A stretch of 64,000 nt of DNA from an uncultured Desulfobacter sp. (GCA_963665095.1 OY762069.1:4000001-4064000); one strand, 5' to 3'; shown: positions 1 to 11,942, counted from the first letter of the stretch. Notes: generated by a model not told the origin, from the letters alone. Numbers and translations: made by a program.

Positions 1-1
1 A

Positions 2-112
2 GTCTCTTCAGGTCTTGCCTCCGGTGACCGCGTGGTGGTGGAAGGGCTGCAGAAAATACATGCCCAGGCAAAGGTCAATCCCGTGGAATTAAACGCATCC
101 ACTAACTCCTGA
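2..112 (+). CDS. RND efflux periplasmic adaptor (AcrA-like), C-terminal fragment at window edge
   Basis: Frame 2 reads VSSGLASGDRVVVEGLQKIHAQAKVNPVELNASTNS*, matching the GLxxGDRVVVEGLQK C-terminus of membrane fusion proteins; directly upstream of an AcrB homolog. Confidence 0.85.
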   Translation, partial: VSSGLASGDRVVVEGLQKIHAQAKVNPVELNASTNS

Positions 113-143
113 TTTCAGGATCAAATGACAGCAGGATAAAACT

Positions 144-3100
144 ATGTCTCGTTTTTTTATAAACCGGCCCATATTTGCATGGGTTATCGCCATTGTCATT
201 ATGCTGGCCGGGGTTTTTGCCGTTCTCACCCTTCCGGTGGAGCAGTACCCAAGAATTGCGCCACCCAGCATTGAAATTTCAACCTCCTACCCGGGGGCGT
301 CGGCACAGGTGCTGGAGGACAGCGTTACCCAGGTAATTGAGCAGTCCCTCACCGGTATTGACCACTTAAGGTATTTTTCATCTGCCAGTGAATCCTCGGG
401 CCGGCTTACCATTACACTGACCTTTGAACCGGAAGCAGACCCGGATATTGCCCAGGTCCAGGTGCAGAACAAGGTATCCAAAATTGAGAGCCTTCTGCCC
501 CAGGAGGTCCAGCAGCAGGGTATCACGGTTCAGAAAACCACCCAGGGCTTTTTGCTTCTGGCAGGTCTTTACTCCGAAGACAGCAGCATGACCGATTCAG
601 ATATCTCCGACTACTTGAAATCCAACATGGCCGACCCCATCTCCCGGGTCCAGGGCGTGGGCGATCTTACGGTTTTCGGTGGCCAGCATGCCATGAGGAT
701 CTGGCTGAATCCTGAAAAGCTCAATGCATTCAGTCTGATGCCGTCGGATGTTATTGCCGCCATCAGGGCCCGGAACGCTGATGTCTCCACCGGCCAGCTC
801 GGCGGCGCCCCGTCTGTTGAAGGTCAGCAGCTCAATGCGGTTATTACTGCCCAGTCCAAACTGCAGACAGTCAAAGATTTTGAAGGGATCCTGATCAAGG
901 TGAATCCGGACGGTTCTCATATACGGGTCAAGGATGTGGCCCGGGTGGAACTGGGATCTGAAACCTATGGATTTTCCACCCATTACAACGGAATGCCGGC
1001 CTGTGCCATGGCCGTCAGTCTGGCCTCCGGGGCCAACGCCCTGGATACAGCCGCACGGGTCAAGGCCAAGGTGAATGAACTGTCGGCATTCCTTCCTTCA
1101 GGACTCAAGGTGGTATATCCTTATGACACCACCCCATTTGTCCGTCTCTCTATTAAAGAGGTAATCAAAACCCTGATTGAGGCCATTATTCTGGTCTTTT
1201 TCGTCATGTACCTCTTTTTACAGAATTTCAGGGCCACGCTGGTTCCCACCATTGCGGTACCGGTTGTTTTGCTGGGTACCTTCGGGGTATTGTCGGCCTT
1301 CGGGTTCAGTATTAATACCTTATCCATGTTTGCCATGGTGCTTGCCATCGGCCTTCTGGTGGATGACGCCATTGTTGTGGTGGAGAATGTGGAAAGGGTG
1401 ATGTCGGAAACCGGCAAGTCCCCCATGGATGCCACCCGCCAGTCCATGGATCAGATTACAGGGGCACTTGTGGGCATTGCCATGGTGCTTTCTGCCGTAT
1501 TCATTCCCATGGCGTTTTTCTCCGGTTCCACCGGTGCCATTTACCGGCAGTTCTCCCTGACCCTGGTATCTGCCATGGGCCTTTCCGTGCTGGTGGCCCT
1601 GATCCTGACTCCGGCCCTTTGCGCCACCATGCTCAAGCCTGTACCCAAGGGACATCGTGAGGGGAGGAAGGGATTTTTCGGCTGGTTCAATAAAGGATTT
1701 GATTTAAGCAAGGCTGCTTACAAGTCCAGCGTCAGATATGCAGCCACCCGGGCTTTACGGTTCCTTGTTGTGTACGTCCTGATTATTTTTGGACTGATCT
1801 ATATATTCAAAGGCATTCCCACAGGGTTTCTGCCCGACGAAGATCAGGGCATGATGCTGACCATGGTGGCGGCCCCTCCCGGCGCAACCATGGAACGTAC
1901 CCGCAAATCTGTGGAAAAAGTGGAAAATTATTTTTTAAAACAGGAAGAAGAAAACGTAAGAAGTCTGTTCACCGTTGTGGGGTTCAGCTTTGCCGGCCAG
2001 GGACAGAACATGGCCATGGGGTTTCTCAACCTCAAAGACTGGGAAAAGCGGCACAGGCCTGACCAGAAGGCCCAGGCCATTGCCGGCAGGGCCATGGGGC
2101 GTCTTTACAGTGTCAAGGATGCTTCGGTTTATGCGTTTATTCCACCGGCCATTATTGAACTGGGTACGGCATCCGGGTTTGACTTCATGCTGGTGGACCG
2201 TGCAGGCCTCGGGCATACCGCCCTGATGAACGCCAGAAACCAGATGCTGGGCATGGCAGCCCAGAACCCCAAGCTTGTGGGGGTCCGGCCCAACGGCCTG
2301 TCAGACCTTCCCCAGTATAAACTGAACATTGACTATGAAAAGGCCGAAGCGCTGGGCGTTACCACCGGAAACATCACAAGTGTGCTTCAGACAGCCTGGG
2401 GCTCTTCCTACGTCAATGACTTCATGGATAATACCCGGCTGAAAAAGGTATACATGCAGGGCGATGCGGAATCCCGCATGCTGCCCGAAGATGTCAACCG
2501 CTGGTATGTCAGAAACAACCGGGGCAAAATGGTGCCGTTCTCCTCTTTCACCTATGGCGAGTGGTCCTATGGCTCTCCCAAACTGGAACGGTACAACGGG
2601 GCGTCATCCGTGGAAATTTTAGGGGCCCCGGCTCCGGGTGTCAGTTCCGGAGAAGCCATGGCGATCCTTGAAAATCTGGCAAAAAATCTGCCCCAGGGGA
2701 TCTCCCTGGAATGGACGGGACTCTCCTATGAAGAGCGCATGGCGGGCTCCCAGAGCGGTACGCTGTACGCAGTCTCTCTATTGTTTGTTTTCCTCTGCCT
2801 GGCTGCTCTGTACGAAAGCTGGTCCATTCCGTTTTCCGTCATGCTGGTGGTACCCCTGGGCATTATCGGATCCGTGGCAGCCACAAAGTGGGCCGGTTTA
2901 AGCAACGACGTTTACTTCCAGATCGCACTGCTCACCACAGTGGGGCTGGCCGCCAAAAACGCCATCCTCATTGTAGAGTTTGCAAAAAGTCTTTATGAAG
3001 GCGGTGTGGAACTGGTGCAGTCTGCGGTTATGGCGGCTGAAATGCGGCTGCGGCCTATTTTGATGACATCCTTTGCCTTTATTCTGGGCGTGACGCCGCT

Positions 3101-3284
3101 GGCCATATCTGACGGAGCCGGGTCCGCCTCCCAGAATGCCATCGGCATCGGGGTTATCGGCGGCATGATTGCTGCCACCACCCTGGCAATTATTTTTATC
3201 CCCCTGTTTTTTGTACTCATTGAAAGGGGCAGTGAAAAGAAAAAAACGGCCGAACCGGCCAAGGAGATTGATCATGCCCAATAA
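144..3284 (+). CDS. acrB: RND multidrug efflux permease (AcrB/HAE1 family)
   Basis: 1046 aa; starts [14 protein letters not shown]; proton-relay motifs [11 protein letters not shown] and [20 protein letters not shown]. Confidence 0.95.
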   Translation: MSRFFINRPIFAWVIAIVIMLAGVFAVLTLPVEQYPRIAPPSIEISTSYPGASAQVLEDSVTQVIEQSLTGIDHLRYFSSASESSGRLTITLTFEPEADPDIAQVQVQNKVSKIESLLPQEVQQQGITVQKTTQGFLLLAGLYSEDSSMTDSDISDYLKSNMADPISRVQGVGDLTVFGGQHAMRIWLNPEKLNAFSLMPSDVIAAIRARNADVSTGQLGGAPSVEGQQLNAVITAQSKLQTVKDFEGILIKVNPDGSHIRVKDVARVELGSETYGFSTHYNGMPACAMAVSLASGANALDTAARVKAKVNELSAFLPSGLKVVYPYDTTPFVRLSIKEVIKTLIEAIILVFFVMYLFLQNFRATLVPTIAVPVVLLGTFGVLSAFGFSINTLSMFAMVLAIGLLVDDAIVVVENVERVMSETGKSPMDATRQSMDQITGALVGIAMVLSAVFIPMAFFSGSTGAIYRQFSLTLVSAMGLSVLVALILTPALCATMLKPVPKGHREGRKGFFGWFNKGFDLSKAAYKSSVRYAATRALRFLVVYVLIIFGLIYIFKGIPTGFLPDEDQGMMLTMVAAPPGATMERTRKSVEKVENYFLKQEEENVRSLFTVVGFSFAGQGQNMAMGFLNLKDWEKRHRPDQKAQAIAGRAMGRLYSVKDASVYAFIPPAIIELGTASGFDFMLVDRAGLGHTALMNARNQMLGMAAQNPKLVGVRPNGLSDLPQYKLNIDYEKAEALGVTTGNITSVLQTAWGSSYVNDFMDNTRLKKVYMQGDAESRMLPEDVNRWYVRNNRGKMVPFSSFTYGEWSYGSPKLERYNGASSVEILGAPAPGVSSGEAMAILENLAKNLPQGISLEWTGLSYEERMAGSQSGTLYAVSLLFVFLCLAALYESWSIPFSVMLVVPLGIIGSVAATKWAGLSNDVYFQIALLTTVGLAAKNAILIVEFAKSLYEGGVELVQSAVMAAEMRLRPILMTSFAFILGVTPLAISDGAGSASQNAIGIGVIGGMIAATTLAIIFIPLFFVLIERGSEKKKTAEPAKEIDHAQ

Positions 3285-4734
3285 AATTGTTACGGCAGCC
3301 ATTGCCTGTACACTGCTTGTGATTTCCGGCTGTTCCTTTATTCCTGAATACCAGCAGCCGGAACTGCCGGTTGAGGATGTTTGGCCGGCCACCGGTGCAG
3401 AACAGACCTCACAACCGGGAGCCAGCGCCGCTGATATTGCCTGGCAGGACTACTTTCCCTCAGATACCCTGCGCCAGATCATTGACCTGGCCCTGGAAAA
3501 CAACCGGGATCTCAGGGTGGCCCTGCTTAATATTGATCGTGCCAAGGCTGCCTACCAGATCCAGGAAGCGGCCGGCCTGCCCGTGGTGGCAGGGACCGCC
3601 GGTGTCAACAAGCAACGGGTGGCGGAAGATAACAGTATGACCGGCAAGACCTACACCTCGGATCCTATTATGTCAGTGGGGTTGGGGATCACCGCCTATG
3701 AATTTGATTTCTTCGGCAAGGTCAAAAGCCTGAAACAGTCTGCACTTGAAACCTTCCTGGCCACCAGGGAGGCAGCACAAAGCGCCCGGATCGCCCTTGT
3801 GGCCCAGACCGCAGACGCCTATGTGAATCTTCTGGCCCAGAAAAAGCTGCTTGGCCTTGCCGAAGAGACCTTCGATGCCCAGAAAGCCACCTATGATGTA
3901 ATTAAAAGCCAGTATGAGGCCGGGTCCACCAACCAGTTGTCCGTGGCCCAGGCCGCCAGTTCCACCCAGACGGCCAAGGTCTCCATTGCCCGGTATAAAC
4001 GGCTTGTGGCCCAGGCGGAAAACGCCCTGGTCTATCTGGCAGGTCCCAGGGTGTATGGGCTGATCAATGCACAGGAAAGCATTGATGACATTGCATTTCT
4101 TTCAGATCTGCCTGCAGACCTTCCGTCTGAAATTCTTTTGGCAAGACCGGATATCCAGGCGGCTGAACATCAGTTAAAGGCGGCCAATGCAAATATCGGG
4201 GCTGCCAGGGCCGCGCTGTATCCAAGCATCTCACTTACCGGCTCCATGGGGTTTGCCGCCAGTGATCTGTCCTACCTTTTCGACCCCTCACGCAGCTTTG
4301 CCTGGGTTTTTTCCCCCAATGTCTCCATTCCAGTGTTTAATCGGAAAGGGCTGAATGCCAGCCTGGATGTTGCCACCATTGAGGAAAAAATCGCAGCGGC
4401 CCAATATGAAGGGGTGATCCAGACAGCATTCCGGGAAGTAGCCGATCAGTTGACAGCCCGTAAAAACTACAGGGACCAGCTGGAAGCTCAGAATGAGCTG
4501 GTGGCAGCCAACCGGGAATCCTATGATCTGTCCAAGGCCAGGTATGACAACGGAATCGATGACTTCCTGGCAGTTCTGGATTCCCAGCGCGCCCTTTTCA
4601 GTGCGGAGCAGGATGCCATTCTCTTAAAGCAGTCCTGCCTGAGCAACCTGATCAATCTTTACAAGGTCATGGGCGGCGGCCGGATGATGGAAGATGGTAC
4701 CAGTGAAGTAACCAATGTCTCTGGGGAAAACTGA
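3274..4734 (+). CDS. Outer membrane efflux lipoprotein (OprM/NodT family)
   Basis: Start moved to ATG 3274 after AAGGAG; lipobox ISGC; motifs [40 protein letters not shown]. Confidence 0.92.
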   Translation: MPNKIVTAAIACTLLVISGCSFIPEYQQPELPVEDVWPATGAEQTSQPGASAADIAWQDYFPSDTLRQIIDLALENNRDLRVALLNIDRAKAAYQIQEAAGLPVVAGTAGVNKQRVAEDNSMTGKTYTSDPIMSVGLGITAYEFDFFGKVKSLKQSALETFLATREAAQSARIALVAQTADAYVNLLAQKKLLGLAEETFDAQKATYDVIKSQYEAGSTNQLSVAQAASSTQTAKVSIARYKRLVAQAENALVYLAGPRVYGLINAQESIDDIAFLSDLPADLPSEILLARPDIQAAEHQLKAANANIGAARAALYPSISLTGSMGFAASDLSYLFDPSRSFAWVFSPNVSIPVFNRKGLNASLDVATIEEKIAAAQYEGVIQTAFREVADQLTARKNYRDQLEAQNELVAANRESYDLSKARYDNGIDDFLAVLDSQRALFSAEQDAILLKQSCLSNLINLYKVMGGGRMMEDGTSEVTNVSGEN

Positions 4735-4881
4735 ATTTGAACGTAAAGGCACCCACCTGCGGCGTTGCTGCACAAAGCTGCAATCCTCACGTACTGAACG
4801 CTTGCGGTTGCAGCTTTGCTTGCGCGCCTTGCATCTGGGCAACTTTACATCCAAATTCCGGGCCATTCACTGTTTCAGGTC
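4735..4881. repeat. Palindromic REP/MITE-like repeat, copy 1
   Basis: Shares long blocks with 11943-12144 (TTTGAACGTAAAG..ACCCACCTGCGGCGTTGCTGCACAAAGCTGC; CCTCACGTACTGAA; GCGCCTTGCATCTGGGCAACTTT); self-complementary arms. Confidence 0.85.
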
Positions 4882-4917
4882 TTATTGAAGGAGAGAGCGC
4901 GGTTCCCCTTGCTTTTT

Positions 4918-7905
4918 TTAAACCTGGTACTCCTCCTGTTCAATGTACTGAATGCTTTCAAGCTTGCCTTCGTCCATGAGCTTTAAGAAGCAGTCCACAA
5001 CCTCTCCATCCAGCTGGGTGCCCTTGCACCGAATCAATTCCTGTCTGATCCTTTCCTGGTCCATACCTTTTCTGTAGACCCTTGTGGATGCCATGGCATC
5101 AAAGGTATCGGCCACGGAGAGAATTCTGGCACAAAAAGGGATTTCCTCTGCTGTTAATCCGGATGGATACCCTTTTCCATCCGGGCGCTCATGGTGGTAC
5201 TTGGCACCAATGGCCAGATCCGGGAACATGCTGATATTGGACATGATCTCATGGCCCATGGAGGTGTGCTTTTTGATCTGGGCAAACTCATTATCATCCA
5301 GGCGGCTGTTTTTTCCCAGGATCTGATCCGGGACAGCCACCTTGCCGATGTCATGCAGCAGGGCAATGTTGTAAAAATTTTCGGTCTCTTCCTTTGAACA
5401 GCCCATGGACTCTGCAATCAATCTGGTATACATGGCCACCCGCACAGAATGGCCGATGGTATAGTGGTCCTTGCAGTCGATGGCTTTGGAAAAGGCCGAG
5501 ATAACCTGCTGGATCAACAGTTTGGTCCTGGCATGCTTCTGTTCAAGCATCCGGGTCTTGATTCTGGCCCAGGCAATGGCTGAGCAAAGAATCACTGCAA
5601 TCAGAATCACAGACACAAGTGCATAAAAACCACGGGTCTCTACAAACTTTTTTTGTTTTACGATGTCCAGGCTGATTTTATTATTGATATCCCCGGTCTC
5701 CTGCTCACGGACAATAAAATTAAAATTGTAGTCGTCTCCCGGCAGGTTTGTGTAAGTTACCGGGGCCAGATTTTTCCGGGTAGACGCAGTGGTGGCGTCA
5801 TCAAATCCATGCAGCTTGTATTCAACCACCTGATCTTTCAGGCCATAGGAAAGCGCATAGCAGTTAATGGTCAGTTTCCGGCAATCTTCGGGAATTTCAA
5901 CTCTGGAGTTGTTCCCCAGATACTTCAGGTTCCCGTTTATCTCAATATAGGGGATGGCCAGCTTGACTTTTGTGGAATTTTCATCGTTATCCGCATGCAG
6001 GTTAAAGCTGAAAACACCACTGATGCCAGCCGCATAAAGTGTTCCATCGGTTTCAAGCCAGCTTCTTGAGTTGGGTGTGACATAGGTGGGCATGCCATTG
6101 CCAAGGCCGTAATATTTAAATTTTTCAACCGTGTTATTATAGAGGTCTTCACGCTTGACAACATAAATGCCATTTCCACCCAGCACCCAGATATCATCCC
6201 CTTCTCCAAAAAAAATATCAAAATTGTTATGGTAGGGAAATGAGGTAACCGTATGAATGGTACCCTCGGAAAGATAAGCCAGGGAGTTGCCGGTCAAAAG
6301 CCAGAAAACCGGGAGAACCGGATCCTTTTTTATCCGCATGATGACCCCGGAGGTCAGCCCGTCAGCCTCGGTCAGATTGGTCGCAGTACCGTTATCAAGA
6401 ATAAACAGGCCGCCGCCGTCGCTGCCGGCATATACCACGCCGTTATCATCCCCGTAAACAGAGAGGATGGAGGTGTTGGTGATACCGTCCTTTTTATTGT
6501 ATCCGCCCACGATCATCCCGTCTCTGAGAATGTTGATTCCGCCGTCACCGGAAGCAAGGATGTCTTTATATGAGGTCTCCACAAGTGCCCTGACCCGGTT
6601 GGTGTACAGGCCGTTTTTCTTATTGTAGATCGTGGTTTTCCCTTTGGGGTCACACTTGACCAGACCCATATTACTGAATGTGCAGAACCATAAATTATCA
6701 AAAGAGTCCTTTTTGATGCAGCGGATTCGAATTCCTTTGAACATCTCTGTCAGGGCATTGGTTTTCTGTTGGAACCCGGAATCAATGATATAAAGGCCTG
6801 AATCCGTCCCGAGATAGAGGTCCTCATGGTAATTAACGGTGGTATTGATTACCATTTTGGGCAACTGGGCTTTGCTGCTGATAAAGTTAAACCGGTTTTC
6901 CACAATTTTTAAAAGCCCCTGCCGGGAGGAGACAAACCAGGCATTGCCCTCATAATCCACCATCATGTCTTCAACGGAATTATCCATCTCCAGGCAGGAG
7001 ACCGGGTGGAATTTCTGTCTGTTATCCAGATACCCGATGCCGTCATCCGAGCACAGCCAGACTTCACCGTCCTCAGTGACATGCATTGTATTGATGCTGG
7101 TAAAATTACCTGTGGGAATATAGGAGACCTTATCGGAATCACTTGCAAACTGCATCCGGACAAGATAAGCCTGTCTCATCCCAAGATAAAACGCATCCTT
7201 TGTCCGGGTATCAAAATTCACGGATCTTGGTTTTGAAAAGCCCAGGTGTCCGGCATCCCGGTAGCTTTTAACCGTCAGGTCGGAAATCAGAAAAAAATCA
7301 CCATCACGGGTGATGCCGGCCACATTTCCCTGGCCGTCAGAATCCACATCACGGATATATTTCCCGTCAAGTCGCGGATCTTTTATGGGATGAAGGGTAA
7401 GTGTCCTGTCTATGTAAGCCAGACCGTTTGTGGATGCCGCAATGATATGGCCCTGGCCGTCCCCCACAATTTTTCTTACGGAATTTGACCCCAGTCCTTT
7501 GTCTTTTCCCCAGAACCGGAAAGCGCCGTTTTCATAGAGCGCCACGCCTTTGTCATTGGTGCCGAGCCACAACCGGTTGTCCTGGCCCACCCACATAGTG
7601 GTCACGCTTAATATCTCTTTTTTGCCGACGCGTAAGAATGTTTTACCGTCATATCTGAGCAGGCCGGTATACCCGCCGATCCAGACAAAACCGTCCGGGG
7701 TCTGGACAATGGCTTTGGTACTGGAGATGGGATAGCCGGTGTCACTGTTGTAAATGGTGGCGGAATATCCCATATCCCTGGAGATATTGTGCAGCACGCC
7801 GGCATGAAGATCCTTGCCGGTGACGAATAACATTAGGAAGATAAAAATTCCGGTACTGACTTTTTTAAATAATACCGTGCAAGGCCCCGGAGAAAAACAG
7901 TTCAT
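4918..7905 (-). CDS. Beta-propeller (Reg_prop/Y_Y_Y-like) sensor fused to an HD-GYP c-di-GMP phosphodiesterase
   Basis: N-terminal hydrophobic segment; repeated D..G.(L/V)W.G blades; Y_Y_Y-like VTYTNLPGDDYNF; TM helix; C-terminal LLHDIGK, HHERPDGKGYP, VADTFDAM. Confidence 0.88.
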   Translation of the reverse strand: MNCFSPGPCTVLFKKVSTGIFIFLMLFVTGKDLHAGVLHNISRDMGYSATIYNSDTGYPISSTKAIVQTPDGFVWIGGYTGLLRYDGKTFLRVGKKEILSVTTMWVGQDNRLWLGTNDKGVALYENGAFRFWGKDKGLGSNSVRKIVGDGQGHIIAASTNGLAYIDRTLTLHPIKDPRLDGKYIRDVDSDGQGNVAGITRDGDFFLISDLTVKSYRDAGHLGFSKPRSVNFDTRTKDAFYLGMRQAYLVRMQFASDSDKVSYIPTGNFTSINTMHVTEDGEVWLCSDDGIGYLDNRQKFHPVSCLEMDNSVEDMMVDYEGNAWFVSSRQGLLKIVENRFNFISSKAQLPKMVINTTVNYHEDLYLGTDSGLYIIDSGFQQKTNALTEMFKGIRIRCIKKDSFDNLWFCTFSNMGLVKCDPKGKTTIYNKKNGLYTNRVRALVETSYKDILASGDGGINILRDGMIVGGYNKKDGITNTSILSVYGDDNGVVYAGSDGGGLFILDNGTATNLTEADGLTSGVIMRIKKDPVLPVFWLLTGNSLAYLSEGTIHTVTSFPYHNNFDIFFGEGDDIWVLGGNGIYVVKREDLYNNTVEKFKYYGLGNGMPTYVTPNSRSWLETDGTLYAAGISGVFSFNLHADNDENSTKVKLAIPYIEINGNLKYLGNNSRVEIPEDCRKLTINCYALSYGLKDQVVEYKLHGFDDATTASTRKNLAPVTYTNLPGDDYNFNFIVREQETGDINNKISLDIVKQKKFVETRGFYALVSVILIAVILCSAIAWARIKTRMLEQKHARTKLLIQQVISAFSKAIDCKDHYTIGHSVRVAMYTRLIAESMGCSKEETENFYNIALLHDIGKVAVPDQILGKNSRLDDNEFAQIKKHTSMGHEIMSNISMFPDLAIGAKYHHERPDGKGYPSGLTAEEIPFCARILSVADTFDAMASTRVYRKGMDQERIRQELIRCKGTQLDGEVVDCFLKLMDEGKLESIQYIEQEEYQV

Positions 7906-8117
7906 GGTCCTGATGTCTTTCAGCTTGTTTGTTACCGTAAGGTGGGTTTATTTTAACTAGTTTTCATATTTCTCATCTGAAATAATGAAAATTAATTTCA
8001 AAGGAAGTAACATAACAAAATCCAAAATCGTGTTCAATGACCATATCAAAGCGCCGCAATTTTAATTATATGCTAACAGATTAGATCAACGATCACCATC
8101 CAAGGTCTGGTTCCGGT

Positions 8118-9149
8118 TCAGATATTTTTTCCAAGGGAGGTGCCGGTGGCCCTCAAATCCTGGCAGGCCTGCATGATCCGATCCGCCATACTGCGTTCTG
8201 CTTTTTTCCCCCAGGAACGCGGATCATAGACTTTTTTATTGCCCACTTCCCCTTCAATCTTGAGTACCCCGTCATAGTTTTTAAGCATATGGTCTGCCAC
8301 GGGTCGGGTATAGGCATACTGGGTGTCGGTATCCACATTCATCTTCACCACCCCGTAATCCAAAGCTTCATGGATGTCCGACAATTCCGAGCCTGACCCG
8401 CCGTGAAACACCAGATCCAGGCGGCAGTCAGGCCCTAACTCCTTAATTACGGCATCCTGTCCCTGTTTTAAAATGACAGGTTTCAGCACCACATTGCCGG
8501 GCTTGTAAACCCCATGCACATTGCCGAAGGTGGCGGCTAACAGGAACCGGCCCATGGAACCTAGTTCCCTGGCTGCCAGCACCATATCCTCAGGGGTGGT
8601 GTAAAGTTTCTCTTTTTTGACGTTGGAGGTGTCATGGCCGTCTTCTTCACCTCCGACCACACCGGTTTCAATTTCCAGAATCAGATCATTGGCCACGCAG
8701 GCCTCCATGATCTTTTTGGATGCGGCAATATTCTCGTCCATGGGAAGCGCTGATCCGTCGTACATATGGGAACTGAACAGGTTGGGCAGCCCATTTGACC
8801 GGCGTTTCGCAGTTTCTTCGATCAAGGGCAAAAGGAATGAGTCTACATATTCAGGATGGCAGTGATCAGTATGCAGTGCAATGTTGACATCATAATAGGC
8901 TGCCATGGAATGGGCAAATTCAGCCAGGGCAATGGCGCCTTTGTACGATTCTCCCACACCTAACCCCGAGGCAAAGCTGCCGCCCCCTGTGGATACCTGG
9001 ATGATGCCGTCACTGTTGGCTTCCTTGAACGCCAGAAGCGCCGCATTGATGGTCTCGCTTGAGGTGGTGTTGATGGCCGGATAGGCAAATTTGTTCTGTT
9101 TTGCATGATCCAGCATCTGACAGTACTGTTGATGATTTACGATTGGCAT
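8118..9149 (-). CDS. fbaA: Class II fructose-bisphosphate aldolase
   Basis: Motifs FAYPAIN, LHTDHC, GGEEDG, TFGNVHGVYKPGNV, VFHGGSGS, KMNVDTDTQ, YDPRSW. Confidence 0.95.
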   Translation of the reverse strand: MPIVNHQQYCQMLDHAKQNKFAYPAINTTSSETINAALLAFKEANSDGIIQVSTGGGSFASGLGVGESYKGAIALAEFAHSMAAYYDVNIALHTDHCHPEYVDSFLLPLIEETAKRRSNGLPNLFSSHMYDGSALPMDENIAASKKIMEACVANDLILEIETGVVGGEEDGHDTSNVKKEKLYTTPEDMVLAARELGSMGRFLLAATFGNVHGVYKPGNVVLKPVILKQGQDAVIKELGPDCRLDLVFHGGSGSELSDIHEALDYGVVKMNVDTDTQYAYTRPVADHMLKNYDGVLKIEGEVGNKKVYDPRSWGKKAERSMADRIMQACQDLRATGTSLGKNI

Positions 9150-9483
9150 GATGGCCTCCTTGTAAAATTTATTTTTAAAAAGATTATGTTACATTGGTTT
9201 ACGGTTCAGGTCTGTCAGGATCGCATAAAAAAAGGCCGGAGAATAACGACTGCGTGGAATAAACATTTTGAATGCTCTTGACTTCTGAAACCGGAAAAAG
9301 AACGCATGTAATCCTGATGGATAACCATAGCCTATTCAGGCAGATTTGAAAATCCTAAATATATCTCAGATAGACGTTCGGGCTTGATGTATGTATTCAG
9401 GTCACATCTTGATTAGTGATTAAGTTAAGATTTCAGAAAACAAGATATTTAAGTCACCGAAAAGATGGGGCCCCATTCCCCAG

Positions 9484-9780
9484 TTAAAGTTTTTGGATCA
9501 CACTGTTGATTTTATCATCCATGGACTGGTTGCGGTCTGTCCTTGTACCCATTTTGATAATGGTATGGATCCTTGGTGCTCCCATTTCATGGAGCTGTTC
9601 ATGGCACTTTTTTACGGTTTGAAATACCAGGTCATACTCTCCTTCAATATTGGTGCCGTTGGCATGCAGTTGATGTTTGAGCCCGGCCTCCTGAATGGTC
9701 TTCTGGCAGGCAGCCACATATCCCGATAAAGAAGCGTCTCCGCCAATAGGCACCACGCATAAATCTATAATAACTTTCAT
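9484..9780 (-). CDS. MTH1187/YkoF-like thiamine-binding protein
   Basis: 98 aa; pattern D.CVVPIG..SLS.YVA..., HANGTNIEGE, GTRTD. Confidence 0.85.
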   Translation of the reverse strand: MKVIIDLCVVPIGGDASLSGYVAACQKTIQEAGLKHQLHANGTNIEGEYDLVFQTVKKCHEQLHEMGAPRIHTIIKMGTRTDRNQSMDDKINSVIQKL

Positions 9781-10073
9781 CTTAATTCCTCTTAACTCTT
9801 TTATACCTCTATTAACAATATGAAAGTTTTTTCACATTTATTAACAATTTGATTTTACAGTCTATTCATTTGGAAAAATATTATCAATAGATATCTTTTT
9901 TTCGACATTTTTAATTAAAAAAGCATGCAATCAGGGCAGTATTAAGATATAAAGTTGAGTTCATATGAATTGGGGTACTTGCAGCAGGATTATCATTGAA
10001 ATTATTGCAACTTTTAGCGGGGTGGCGGTCACTGCCCCAAAACTTTTTTGGAAAGAAGAAATAAGGACGGAGC

Positions 10074-10493
10074 ATGATCTGGAAAAAGGAATTCACCATT
10101 GAGGACATGAATCAACACAGGATTAACACCCTGGTGGGGCACCTGGACATTGTATTTGAAGAGAAGGGGGATGACTTTTTAACTGCATCCATGCCTGTTG
10201 ACGAGCGGACCCATCAGCCCATGGGAATTCTTCATGGGGGTGCCTCGGCGGTTCTTGCTGAAACCCTTGCCAGTTCCGCCTCTTTTATGACACTGGATCA
10301 GGGCTGCATCAGTGTCGGCCTTGAAATTAAGGCCAATCACATTAAAAAAATTTCCCACGGCCGAGTGACCGGGCGTACCATACCATTGCACCTGGGGCGC
10401 ACCACACAGGTCTGGGATATTGATATCAGAAATGACAAAGGCGAGATGATCTGCGCATCCCGCATTACTATGGCTGTTCTGAGACAAAAATAG
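10074..10493 (+). CDS. Hotdog-fold thioesterase (PaaI/YdiI-like)
   Basis: MPVDERTHQPMGILHGGASAVLAETLAS; HLGRTTQVW. Confidence 0.9.
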   Translation: MIWKKEFTIEDMNQHRINTLVGHLDIVFEEKGDDFLTASMPVDERTHQPMGILHGGASAVLAETLASSASFMTLDQGCISVGLEIKANHIKKISHGRVTGRTIPLHLGRTTQVWDIDIRNDKGEMICASRITMAVLRQK

Positions 10494-10557
10494 GTATTTT
10501 GCAATTTTTATTGTCAGGGTGTATACAACCTGAAAAGTTACGCAGGAAAGGACGGCC

Positions 10558-11151
10558 ATGGGTTCCTATAAAGTCAGAATGCTGATCAAGGAGGAAAAGG
10601 AAGAGGCAAGACGCCGGTTCCGGCGGCACCGGAATAAAAACCGGCTGGCCACGCCAGGCATCCACAAATGCATCATCGTTCTGGACGGACTCAAACCCAC
10701 CTTTAATATCGGTAAAATTTTCAGAAGCGCAGAAGCGTTTGGCTGCCATGAGGTACATCTTATTGGCACGGACTTTTTTGATCCAGCGCCGGCCAGGGGT
10801 GCATTTAAATACGTTCCGGCGAAGTTTCACAAAAGGTTCATCTCCTGTTACGCCGACCTTCTTGAAAGGGGGTATACCCCTTTTATTCTTGAACCTGGCC
10901 AGGGTGGTCCGGTCATGGATGTGGCACTTCCTGAAAAAAGCGCCTTTGTGTTCGGGCATGAAGAGTTCGGCATCAGCTTTGAGCCGGATCTGTTTTCGGA
11001 AGTCCGGCGGCTGACCATCCCCCAGTACGGCCGTTCCCAGAGTCTGAATGTCAGTGTGGCCGCCTCCATTATCCTGTATGAGTACACCCGGCAGTTTGCC
11101 TGTCCCGGGTCTGTAACAGATACAACCCACCCATGTAAGGAAGAGATATGA
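10558..11151 (+). CDS. SpoU/TrmH-family RNA methyltransferase
   Basis: SPOUT motifs FNIGKIFRSAEAFG, FVFGHEEFG, IPQYG..QSLNVSVA. Confidence 0.9.
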   Translation: MGSYKVRMLIKEEKEEARRRFRRHRNKNRLATPGIHKCIIVLDGLKPTFNIGKIFRSAEAFGCHEVHLIGTDFFDPAPARGAFKYVPAKFHKRFISCYADLLERGYTPFILEPGQGGPVMDVALPEKSAFVFGHEEFGISFEPDLFSEVRRLTIPQYGRSQSLNVSVAASIILYEYTRQFACPGSVTDTTHPCKEEI

Positions 11152-11939
11152 ACGCAGAAAAAGTGGCAGCCCACATCATTGACTGGCTGAAAAATTATTT
11201 AAAGGCATCCGGATTAAAGGGATTCACCGTCGGGGTGTCCGGCGGGATTGATTCCGCTGTCACCTCAACCTTGTGCGCAAGGACAGGAGAACCGGTGATT
11301 GCTTTGAACATGCCCATCCACCAGGCAGCGGACCAGGTCTCCCGGTCCAGTGAACACATTGCCTGGTTGTCAAAGACCTATGACAATGTCATAGGCCATG
11401 ATGTCAACCTCACCCCGGTATTTGAACAGGTCAAAACCACGCTGCCGGATGATATCCAGGATGATCTGACCATGGCCAATACCCGGTCGCGCCTGCGCAT
11501 GATCACCTTGTACGCTTTTGCCTCCCACAGCCGTATGCTGGTGGCGGGCACCGGTAACAAAGTGGAGGATTTCGGTGTGGGCTTTTACACCAAATACGGG
11601 GACGGCGGGGTGGACCTCTCCCCCATTGCTGATTTGTTGAAGACAGAAGTCTATGCATTAGGCCGTTACCTGGGCGTCAGCCAGGAGATCCTGTCCGCCC
11701 GGCCCACAGATGGCCTTTGGGACGACAACCGTACGGACGAAAGTCAGATCGGGGCCTCCTATGACGAGTTGGAATGGGCCATGCAATATGACAATGCACA
11801 TGGCGGCAGCGAACCTTCTGATGCCATCACTGACCACCAGAAAGAGGTGCTTGAGGTCTACCGGAAATTCAACCGGGCCAACCGCCACAAGATGGATCCT
11901 ATTCCGGTATGCACCATCCCGGAAGAGATAAAATCATAA
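11148..11939 (+). CDS. nadE: NH3-dependent NAD+ synthetase
   Basis: GVSGGIDSA P-loop; NTRSRLRM; GFYTKYGDGG; PTDGLW. Confidence 0.95.
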   Translation: MNAEKVAAHIIDWLKNYLKASGLKGFTVGVSGGIDSAVTSTLCARTGEPVIALNMPIHQAADQVSRSSEHIAWLSKTYDNVIGHDVNLTPVFEQVKTTLPDDIQDDLTMANTRSRLRMITLYAFASHSRMLVAGTGNKVEDFGVGFYTKYGDGGVDLSPIADLLKTEVYALGRYLGVSQEILSARPTDGLWDDNRTDESQIGASYDELEWAMQYDNAHGGSEPSDAITDHQKEVLEVYRKFNRANRHKMDPIPVCTIPEEIKS

Positions 11940-11942
11940 TTG

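Noticed and set aside
4737..4979. 80-aa ORF MNVKAPTCGVAAQSC.. and the similar ORF at 11940-12155
   Set aside because: Both are translations of the palindromic repeat element, not genes
9780..10073. AT-rich intergenic region with TGAA..TTCACA (about 9820-9836) as a Rex or CRP site; 65-aa minus ORF
   Set aside because: Half-site spacing fits neither consensus; the ORF overlaps the thioesterase start and looks non-coding
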